Part shown: positions 15,940-23,070 of the stretch, piece after piece | Position numbering within the stretch: the first letter of the stretch is position 1 | How the letters are laid out: each line of letters starts with the position of its first letter | Assembly (NCBI GenBank): GCA_030608385.1 | Contig: JAUWEG010000002.1 | Location: 28,879-52,878, forward strand | DNA from: Candidatus Heimdallarchaeota archaeon | GTDB lineage: Archaea > Asgardarchaeota > Heimdallarchaeia > Heimdallarchaeales > Heimdallarchaeaceae | Reading direction: 5' to 3' | DNA: 24,000 nucleotides | Program-made: the position numbers and the translations under genes | The notes under the pieces: model-generated | Seen by the model: the letters and a program-made list of their open reading frames with translations, nothing else | Database searches by the model: none | Told to the model about the DNA's origin: nothing

Positions 15940-16944
15940 ATGGATGGAGATGAGCGCTACTCAAGACAACAACTTATCCCAGGATGGGATCAACTAAAAC
16001 TTGACAATGGTTCTGTTGTTCTAGTGGGGGTTGGAGCAATAGGGAGCTATGTAGCTACTGTACTTGTCTCTTCAGGAATAGGGAAACTTACGATTATTGA
16101 TTTTGATACAATTGAAGTTTCGAATCTAAATCGACAATTATTGTTTAAAGACGAGGATGTTGGTAAATCAAAATCAGAAACAGCTGTACAAAGATTGAAA
16201 GAAATAAATCCCAATATCGAAATTGATTTTTATCATAAAAAGATGGAGAATATTTCTGCATCAGTTTATGAGCAAGCAAATGTCATAGTAGCATGCTTAG
16301 ATACTTTTATTGGAAGAAGATGGATCAATTCGATGGCTATTCGAGTAAAAAAACCACTTGTTATGGGGGGTATGTTTGCTTTCTTAGGTAATGCACAAGT
16401 AATTATTCCATATGAAACAGCGTGTTTTGAATGCCAGCCTTTGGTACCAGATGAAGAGTTAGCTCAAGCATGCTCTCCATTTGGGGATGAAAGGAAAAAA
16501 GAGAGAAAAGAAATTGATGCAGAGCCACCTTTACCAGCTGTTGCCACATTATCATCAATTATTGGGGGAATAATGGCTCAGGAAACACTAAAGTTAATTC
16601 TGGAATTAGGTGAAAAATTGGAAAATTATCTTTTCTATGATGGTCTTCATAATGCTACAACAATTCTAGAATTAGAAAAATCCAAGGAATGTCCAGCTTG
16701 TGGCGAGATGTACAAATTAGAACAAATCGAGTTTGTAGCGCTTCCAACTGAAACTGTAAAAGAACTCAGAATGAGATTAATGTTGACTTATGGGTTAGAA
16801 AAACCAGACCTAATGGTGCAAGGAAAACTGTTAGAGGTTGAATCATTACTTGAAGATGCACTGGATTCGAAAAAGGCTATTGTATTCGTTCTAGACAAGA
16901 ATTTAGCTCAACCAATCAAAATAGTTTTGCAATTATCTGAATAA
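15940..16944 (+). CDS. E1-like ubiquitin-activating enzyme (ThiF/MoeB/UBA adenylation fold) with a C-terminal extension
   Basis: 334 aa. Contains YSRQ, the VGVGAIGS nucleotide loop, DFDTIEVSNLNRQ, two CxxC pairs (CFEC 162-165, CPAC 251-254) and a lone Cys178 (QACSPFG) between them. About 80 aa follow the second CxxC. AAGGAG lies upstream of the ATG. Confidence 0.85.
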   Translation: MDGDERYSRQQLIPGWDQLKLDNGSVVLVGVGAIGSYVATVLVSSGIGKLTIIDFDTIEVSNLNRQLLFKDEDVGKSKSETAVQRLKEINPNIEIDFYHKKMENISASVYEQANVIVACLDTFIGRRWINSMAIRVKKPLVMGGMFAFLGNAQVIIPYETACFECQPLVPDEELAQACSPFGDERKKERKEIDAEPPLPAVATLSSIIGGIMAQETLKLILELGEKLENYLFYDGLHNATTILELEKSKECPACGEMYKLEQIEFVALPTETVKELRMRLMLTYGLEKPDLMVQGKLLEVESLLEDALDSKKAIVFVLDKNLAQPIKIVLQLSE

Positions 16945-16985
16945 TCTGATCTTTTTCGCTTTTCAAATGCAACATTTTTTAAACT

Positions 16986-18434
16986 TTGATTGGTATGAAG
17001 TTATTTAGAGAAATAATTAGAAAGGTGAACAAAATTTCCACAGACGATTTCCATCTTGCAAATGAAATGCAATTAGTATTCGATAAACAAATAAATTTCG
17101 AACCAGTTAGAGGTAATTTGAAACAATGGAAAGGCTATGTTGGAACAATAGAAGGTACTGAAATACCAATTTTTGCCAACATTTACATTCAGGATGGTTT
17201 CCCTGAAATACCTCCATTTGTTGATATTACTCCTAAAGTAAATCACCCTAATGTTGATGAAGATGGTACATTAAGTATGCGTCTTCTTGCAGAATGGGAA
17301 CCTAGGTATCATATTTATCAAGTTATGATTGATATAAAACAACTTTTCATCAATGTTCCTGCTAAAGCATACAAGACAAAGACTAAGAAACCAAAAGGGG
17401 AACAAAGATTTTCAACATTACCAAGAGCAACAATTCCTGTGAAGACAATACCTCAAGCATCTTTCGCAAGTATAAATCCAAGAATTGAGGAAGAAAGACG
17501 CTCCATTGACAAAACAATTGTCAATTATCAAGATAAAATAGAGCATATTTCCAGAGATATAGAAAAAGAAAGAAAAGCTTTATTGAAGGAAGGCGGAATA
17601 GCTGTACAAAGTAGAACTAAAGAGATTTCTATATCATTAAAAGAGGATTTGAGAGCTGAATCATTAGCTGTCCAAGATACTCTAGAAATAGTACAAGAAA
17701 AATTTGATGATGGCGATATGACTAATATTGATTACCTCAAATTACATAAAAGATATACCAAAAAAGGTTTTATAGCTGAGAAACAACTCACTCAAGTTAA
17801 AAGTAGCTCAAGTGGTGACATGACAAAAGCAGAAGAAAAAATATTGAATTTGGAAGCTGATCTGTTTGCTTCAATTGCAACTTTAGACAATCTAGTTCTA
17901 AGTTACGAAAAAAGTGAAATTGAGCAGATTGCTTATAGAAAACAACTTCGTGCTCTCATTAGAGGAATTTTCAAAACAAGATTAGAATTAGAAAAGATAG
18001 GCTTTAATTTAGATGATTTTGTGAAACGAGAGAATCTAAATAATAGATATCAAAAGGGAATCAAACAACTCATGGTTGTTGAAGGGGAAGAAACTGCAGA
18101 TACCAGTTCAATTCCATTTGATACCCTCAAGAAAATCCCATCTAAAACAGCTGATTTCGTTTCATCTGCGATTGAACTTATTGATTTAACTAGATTAAAA
18201 TCAGTAGCTAGAGCAGATCTCATAATTGCAGACATTGAAGAAATGATTCACATTCTGACAACATTTCCTTCAATACCAAAAGACCATTGGGTTATTGGAG
18301 ATATGAATAATTGGCGTGAAATTATAGGAAAATATAAGCCTCAGGAGATCATTAAAGAAGAAGATTGCGAAAAATTAGAATTTCAAGCAGCTCGTTGGTT
18401 AAATGACTTTCGAAGAGTATTGAAAGAACTTTAA
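16986..18434 (+). CDS. ESCRT-I-like fusion protein: N-terminal UEV/E2-fold domain, coiled-coil stalk, full Vps28 (core plus C-terminal domain)
   Basis: The UBC-fold block FPEIPPFVDITPKVNHPNVDEDGTLSMRLLAEWEP is comparable to the E2 consensus HPNI...G.ICLDIL...WSP, with Ser97 (AGT 17274-17276) at the Cys position. Residues about 170-280 are heptad-rich. Residues 281-482 are collinear with human VPS28: ADLFASIATLDNLVLSYEKSEIEQIAYRKQLRALI matches [35 protein letters not shown], and DLIIADIEEMIHILTTFPSIPKDHW...WLNDFRRVL matches PDLRELMETMHRMSHLPPDFEG...AYNAFNRFL. The likely real start is the ATG at 16995. Confidence 0.75.
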   Translation: MIGMKLFREIIRKVNKISTDDFHLANEMQLVFDKQINFEPVRGNLKQWKGYVGTIEGTEIPIFANIYIQDGFPEIPPFVDITPKVNHPNVDEDGTLSMRLLAEWEPRYHIYQVMIDIKQLFINVPAKAYKTKTKKPKGEQRFSTLPRATIPVKTIPQASFASINPRIEEERRSIDKTIVNYQDKIEHISRDIEKERKALLKEGGIAVQSRTKEISISLKEDLRAESLAVQDTLEIVQEKFDDGDMTNIDYLKLHKRYTKKGFIAEKQLTQVKSSSSGDMTKAEEKILNLEADLFASIATLDNLVLSYEKSEIEQIAYRKQLRALIRGIFKTRLELEKIGFNLDDFVKRENLNNRYQKGIKQLMVVEGEETADTSSIPFDTLKKIPSKTADFVSSAIELIDLTRLKSVARADLIIADIEEMIHILTTFPSIPKDHWVIGDMNNWREIIGKYKPQEIIKEEDCEKLEFQAARWLNDFRRVLKEL

Positions 18435-18498
18435 TATCAACAAAAGACTTGAAAATTTCTAGATTCCTTTCTTTCCATTCTTTAAGATAAGTTGCTAG

Positions 18499-18813
18499 GT
18501 GAATTACTTGGAAAGAACTAGCTCTATTAACGAGATATTTGTTAACATTCGAAAAGAAATGTTTGAATTAATCAACATGATAGAGATTAAGATAGATGTG
18601 GGCTATATTCTTGAGGAATTAGAAGATATTTCATACGAAATTAAGAATTTAGGAGAAGAAGGGAAGCAAATCCATGAAGAAATGATGAATATTTACAATT
18701 CGTATTTTAACAAATATAAAAACAAACTTGCAGCTTTTCTTTCACCAAGGGAGAGCAGCTCTTTAACTGAAAAGATAAAGAAATGGCTTTTAGAATTATC
18801 AAACATTATATAA
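18499..18813 (+). CDS. Hypothetical small helical protein between the ESCRT-I and ESCRT-II genes
   Basis: 104 aa, predicted helical from composition. AGGTGA overlaps the annotated GTG, so an in-frame TTG at 18508 is an alternative start. No recognisable motif. Confidence 0.45.
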   Translation: MNYLERTSSINEIFVNIRKEMFELINMIEIKIDVGYILEELEDISYEIKNLGEEGKQIHEEMMNIYNSYFNKYKNKLAAFLSPRESSSLTEKIKKWLLELSNII

Positions 18814-18882
18814 TAATCATTTAATCAATTAATTTGAGAAGATATAAATAAGTCCTAGACAATAACAAAGCTGGAGATAGAA

Positions 18883-19608
18883 GTGGGTTTAAGAGATATA
18901 GAGAAGAAGATCAAAATTAAGTCAGCTTTTCAAGTAAAAGCGGCAGAGCTAATGATTAAAGAATTAGAACAAATGATAAATAATATTAGCGAAGTCAAAA
19001 AACAACTGAAAAAGTTTGAGAAAAAATACGGTGATAAAATCTCTGAAAATAAAGATTATTATGATAAATTAGCAAATCTGAGAGAAGAACTAGGATTACC
19101 CACCGAAATTGGACGTTTTGACTGGAAAGAAACTCCAACTCTCAAAGATAAACTTACTGGAAAGGGCTTCTTTGATGTATTAGCTAATGAAATTCTTGAA
19201 ATAGGGCAACAGATGATATCAGAAAACGGTGGAATTATGGCCATCGGAGAACTATTCACACAGCTAAATAAAACTCGTCCTGGGAGGATGGTTTCAATTG
19301 ATGATATGTATCGATCCTTGGAGAAATTAATCAATACTCAATTAATCCCACCATATAGAGTGTTAGATTCAGGATTGAAGATTGTTGAATTTGTTCCTGT
19401 TGAGTTTAGTCCAGATCATGATGTTATTCTAAATTATGCATCCAGAGTTGGTTTTGTTACAAAGGAAGATTTACTCATGAGAACAAGTTGGACTGAAGAA
19501 CGAATAGATAGATGTTTACAATTCTTTGAAGAAAATAGCATAGCTCGAGTTGACAGGAGTTATTCTGAAGGCGTGAAATATTGGTTTCCCGGTTTAATGG
19601 GACTATAA
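18883..19608 (+). CDS. ESCRT-II EAP30-domain protein (Vps22/Vps36-like): N-terminal helix plus tandem winged helices
   Basis: 241 aa. GGIMAIGELFTQLNKTRPGRMVSIDDMYRSLEKL...LDSGLKIVEF...ILNYASRVGFVTKEDLLMRTSWTEERIDRCLQFFEENSIARVDRSYSEGVKYWFPGL follows the EAP30 pattern (GG.i.l.e.y...N..R....vSp.D...a...L ... w.D.......Y.F). GTG start with GGAG 6 nt upstream. Confidence 0.75.
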   Translation: MGLRDIEKKIKIKSAFQVKAAELMIKELEQMINNISEVKKQLKKFEKKYGDKISENKDYYDKLANLREELGLPTEIGRFDWKETPTLKDKLTGKGFFDVLANEILEIGQQMISENGGIMAIGELFTQLNKTRPGRMVSIDDMYRSLEKLINTQLIPPYRVLDSGLKIVEFVPVEFSPDHDVILNYASRVGFVTKEDLLMRTSWTEERIDRCLQFFEENSIARVDRSYSEGVKYWFPGLMGL

Positions 19609-19625
19609 TTCAGAAAAAGAACAAA

Positions 19626-20402
19626 CTAAAACACTTTATCAGCTTCAAACTGAATTATTGTTTTTTCTTTGTTTAACCAACGAGCAACTTTACGTTCTAC
19701 TAGCATTTCGCACACAATAACAAGATCATCAGCAGGCAAATTTCCCCAATTTTGTTCCAGCTGAGTTAAATCGTAAAGTGAGTGTATTTCAACCACTCTT
19801 CCAGTATCTATCATGAAGTCTACTAACGCATCTGCCCATTCTTCATTTGATTTCCAATAAATGCGAGCCCTTGTTTTTGTTTTCTCATCTAACCAACGAG
19901 CAATATTCTGTTGAACTAAATGATCAACGATACTTCTTACTTGTGCAAGAGTTAATCGCTTACCTAAATTTTTGTTATTGAAGGGGTGACCACTTCTCAA
20001 ATCGTTAATATTAATTATGTGAATCACAAAAATACGGGAGTAATCCAATACTATCGCAGACCAACTTTGGAGCCATGATTCAATTTGATCAGTTTTCTTA
20101 GGCTTGATATACATCCATGGCCTTTTTACCCATTCTGGAAGTTCTTCCTCAAATTCTAATTCAAGCATAGCCCTTTGATCTTTAGAGAGATCTTCTTTTA
20201 CAAAAATAGCATCAACAGGCAGAGTAGCTTTTAATTCTTCAGCTGTAATCTCCAAACCTTTAATACTAGCTTCAATTAATTTTAATTTCTCATCTGAAAT
20301 CTCTTTTTCATCTTTTAATTTTTTTAAATCTATTTCAGATGATTTCTCCTTCTTAGGCTTCTTCTTCTCAGTGGTGGACATGGATTTAACCTCTAAAATC
20401 AT
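19626..20402 (-). CDS. ESCRT-II Vps25-like protein (two winged helices) with a charged N-terminal extension of about 90 aa
   Basis: 258 aa. RPWMYIKPKKTDQIESWLQSWSAIVLDY...HPFNNKNLGKRLTLAQVRSIVDHLVQQNIARWLD...RARIYWKSNEEWADALVDFMIDTG...LYDLTQ...LVIVCEMLVERKVARWLN parallels Vps25 (F..QPN..TR..QL..W..LIL.Y ... F.N..I.R.L ... G.AEW.D ... I.W....EWA..I). The start overlaps the Vps4 stop (ATGA). Confidence 0.7.
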   Translation of the reverse strand: MILEVKSMSTTEKKKPKKEKSSEIDLKKLKDEKEISDEKLKLIEASIKGLEITAEELKATLPVDAIFVKEDLSKDQRAMLELEFEEELPEWVKRPWMYIKPKKTDQIESWLQSWSAIVLDYSRIFVIHIININDLRSGHPFNNKNLGKRLTLAQVRSIVDHLVQQNIARWLDEKTKTRARIYWKSNEEWADALVDFMIDTGRVVEIHSLYDLTQLEQNWGNLPADDLVIVCEMLVERKVARWLNKEKTIIQFEADKVF

Positions 20403-21553
20403 GCGCTGCCGAATTCTTCATTCCAGTTATCGTATTTTTCTATTTCATCATCACTTACAGAGGGGTTAATTGATTCAATTGCTTCAAGAAAATCATCTTG
20501 AGTTACTGCCCGAGCAGCTATTGAAGTATCTTCAATAGCTCCTGCCATGTCAAGTTCTCTGATTGGAGTCATGATTGCTTCTCTACATACCATTGCAATA
20601 TCAGAACCTGAATAACCTTCTGTAATTTCTGCTAGAACTTCGAAATCTGCATCTTCAGCTAGTTCAACACCCTTGGTATTGAAAACAAAAATAGCTTCAC
20701 GAGCTGGTAAATCTGGTAAAGGAATGTAAATCCTTCTCTCGAATCTTCTTCTGAATGCTCCGTCTATAGATTCAGGCATATTAGTAGCACCAACAGTAAC
20801 TATTCTGTCAGTTTCGGAACTCGATAGACCATCCATTGATGTTAAGAGCTCAGTTTTAACTCTACGCATTGCATCATGTTCTCCACCTCTGGCACCAGCT
20901 AAAGCATCAACTTCATCAATAAAAATAATACTGGGTTGTTTTTCGTCTGCTAATTCGAAAAGCTGTTTAACCAATTTTTCTGATTCACCAAGCCATTTTG
21001 AAATGATTGAGGATGCACTAACATTGAAGAAAGTTGCTTCTACTTCAGCTGCTGTTGCTTTTGCTAAAAGAGTTTTACCACAACCAGGGGGACCAAAAAG
21101 CAAAATACCTTTCCAAGGTTTTCTTGCTCCAGAGAATAAATCAGGTCGCATAAGAGGTAAAACAATAGCTTCTCTCAAGGTTTGCTTTGCGGTTTCTAGA
21201 CCTGCTATATCAGCTAAAGTAATATTTGGTTTCTCTGTAACGATTATATCAGATATAGCATTTTCTAATTTTTCTTCCTCATCATCACTTCCTGCTTTGG
21301 ATTTCCTTTCTTTTCTCTTCTCTAGAAGTTCCCTTAGTTCCCTTGCTCTACTAATGTACATATTGGCTTTCTTCTTAAGAGAACGAGCAACTTGAGGGTT
21401 TCTTTCAAATTTTATGGCTTTCATTAAAGCTTCAGCAGCATCTAAATAGTGTGGAATAGCTTCACTGTAGTTTTTTTCTTTATCAAAGGAATAGGCTTTG
21501 ACTGCAAAATCCCTTGCATGATCTATTAATCCTTGAGCAGACACGTGATTCAC
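20399..21553 (-). CDS. vps4: Vps4-type AAA+ ATPase with N-terminal MIT domain
   Basis: 384 aa. The MIT-like three-helix N-terminus reads AVKAYSFDKEKNYSEAIPHYLDAAEALMKAIKFE...KANMYISRARELRELLE. Also present are Walker A GPPGCGKT, pore loop SKWLGESEKLV, Walker B IIFIDEVD and second region of homology GATNMPESIDGAFRRRFERRIYIPLP. Confidence 0.9.
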   Translation of the reverse strand: MNHVSAQGLIDHARDFAVKAYSFDKEKNYSEAIPHYLDAAEALMKAIKFERNPQVARSLKKKANMYISRARELRELLEKRKERKSKAGSDDEEEKLENAISDIIVTEKPNITLADIAGLETAKQTLREAIVLPLMRPDLFSGARKPWKGILLFGPPGCGKTLLAKATAAEVEATFFNVSASSIISKWLGESEKLVKQLFELADEKQPSIIFIDEVDALAGARGGEHDAMRRVKTELLTSMDGLSSSETDRIVTVGATNMPESIDGAFRRRFERRIYIPLPDLPAREAIFVFNTKGVELAEDADFEVLAEITEGYSGSDIAMVCREAIMTPIRELDMAGAIEDTSIAARAVTQDDFLEAIESINPSVSDDEIEKYDNWNEEFGSA

Positions 21554-21678
21554 AACCTCTATCTATTTATTCCATTTATCTAATATAAAATGTTTCATTT
21601 TGTTTCATACCAACTTGATAAATTTCATTGTACGGATTGTAAGAACTAACAAAAATAAAAATATAAAAAGTGGAAGAA

Positions 21679-22329
21679 TTACTTATCTTCACTCATTTTC
21701 TTCTTTAATCCCTCAAGCTCAGCTTCAAGCTCTGATGTATCTTCTTCTTTGTCAGTTCCAACAGGAGTTGAAGGAAGACCACTAACATCAGGTAAGCTTG
21801 TTGTTGTACCTAAATCCATCTCAGCTTCTAACTGAGCTAACTGCTCATCAATAGCTGCATCATCTTCAAAATCTAGAATGCCTTCAGATAAGCTTGGATC
21901 AGATAGAGCTTCAGTCATCATTTCAATTTGATCTCTCTGTTCCATTACAGAATCCATAACACGTTCTGTTCTCTCAGGAGAAACGCTTTTGATTTTCTCT
22001 CCAACAACTTTTGTACCAAGTTCCATAGCTTTTACAGTCTCTGCTGTTGAAGTAGCTGTTTGTATACTATCTATCTGAGCTTGTAAATTCATTCCTGTGT
22101 TATGAACTGTATTCAGCCTTTTCATGAAAACGGCTCTTCTTTTTAGAGCTTGTCTTGCTCCAGCTTTATTACCAGCTTTTAGCATTTTTGAGGCTAAGAT
22201 TTTCTGTTCATCTGATTGTCTTTCAAGATTTCTTGCTTCTGCTTGTAATCTGTTTTGTTGTCCTTTGAGTGTGGATAATGCATCAGCATCTTCTTTTCTT
22301 TTTTTTCCAAAAAGCCAATTCTTAACCAT
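21679..22329 (-). CDS. ESCRT-III subunit, Snf7/CHMP4-like (Vps20/32/60 group)
   Basis: 216 aa, collinear with CHMP4: GARQALKRRAVFMKRL matches AALQALKRKKRYEKQL, IDSIQTATSTAETVKAMELG matches IEFQREALENANTNTEVLKNMGYA, and MDSVMEQRDQIEMMTEALSDP...EDDAAIDEQLAQLEAEM matches LMQDIADQQELAEEISTAIS.P...DEDELMAELEELE. AAGGTGA lies 6 nt upstream of the ATG. Confidence 0.85.
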   Translation of the reverse strand: MVKNWLFGKKRKEDADALSTLKGQQNRLQAEARNLERQSDEQKILASKMLKAGNKAGARQALKRRAVFMKRLNTVHNTGMNLQAQIDSIQTATSTAETVKAMELGTKVVGEKIKSVSPERTERVMDSVMEQRDQIEMMTEALSDPSLSEGILDFEDDAAIDEQLAQLEAEMDLGTTTSLPDVSGLPSTPVGTDKEEDTSELEAELEGLKKKMSEDK

Positions 22330-22342
22330 TTTTATTCACCTT

Positions 22343-22957
22343 TTAATCCTCTTCTCTTCTTCTTAATTTCTGAATTTCATCCTCTAAATCATCTGTTTGC
22401 ACTACACCAACTGTTGGTAATCCAGCTTGAGTGGAAACACCTAATTCAGCAGCTGTTTGTTCAATTAACCTATCGACTTCAGCTGGATCAGTATCAGCAA
22501 TCAGTAAATCGTCAATACCATCTTCAATAGTTCCGGTTGACTCTTCGATTCCATCAATGGAACTTTCCATATCTTGAATAACTCTATCTAAATCTGGAAT
22601 CTGTAATTGAGCATTTGCGATTCGTAAAGCAGAAGCAATACCATGCATTTCTTCAGCCATGCTTGCTGCAGTATCAGCTCGTTCTAATTTAAAGATTAGG
22701 CCATTCATACGCGAAACTAGTTTCTGATAACCAAATTCCCATCTTCTGTTGCGTACAATATCAGTAGCAAATAATCTTGCAGATTCCAAATCTCCTCGTT
22801 GGATGTTTTGTTTCATTTTCAACTGCATTTTGGATTCATCTCGAGAAAGTTTCCTTTGTGCTCTTTCTAATCTTCTTACAGTTAATCGAAGATTAATTAT
22901 ATGATCACGAGGACTCTTCTTTGTACCCAAAAGCCAACCCATAAAGTCACGGAACAT
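22343..22957 (-). CDS. ESCRT-III subunit, CHMP1/Did2-like (Vps2/24/46 group) with a C-terminal MIM1-like helix
   Basis: 204 aa. HIINLRLTVRRLERAQRKLSRDESKMQLKMKQNIQRGDLESARLFATDIVRNRR is collinear with CHMP1B [54 protein letters not shown]. The C-terminal DDLEDEIQKLRR resembles the MIM1 DELSQRLARLR. Confidence 0.85.
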   Translation of the reverse strand: MFRDFMGWLLGTKKSPRDHIINLRLTVRRLERAQRKLSRDESKMQLKMKQNIQRGDLESARLFATDIVRNRRWEFGYQKLVSRMNGLIFKLERADTAASMAEEMHGIASALRIANAQLQIPDLDRVIQDMESSIDGIEESTGTIEDGIDDLLIADTDPAEVDRLIEQTAAELGVSTQAGLPTVGVVQTDDLEDEIQKLRRREED

Positions 22958-23070
22958 CTAAATCACTGCTTTGAATTATAGTATATTCATATTTAAGCTT
23001 TCGTGGTTATTATATGTATTGTTTCAGAATTTAATTTAACCCAAAAAATGATTTGCTGTCTTTCCGAAAT

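Noticed and set aside
16986-17400. Annotating the UBC-fold domain as an active E2 ubiquitin-conjugating enzyme
   Set aside because: The residue aligned with the catalytic Cys is Ser (AGT 17274-17276). The surrounding sequence (VDEDGTLSMRLLAEWEP...YQVMIDIKQLF) is closest to TSG101-type UEV domains, so it was called UEV-like with the caveat reported in the findings.
21003-21395. 130-aa plus-strand ORF inside vps4; also 21600-21785, 22124-22366, 19059-19334 and 18050-18235 inside other ESCRT genes
   Set aside because: All are antisense to genes with unambiguous family motifs (Walker A/B, Snf7 blocks, EAP30, Vps28). They have no motifs of their own and show composition typical of reverse-frame ORFs in AT-rich DNA.
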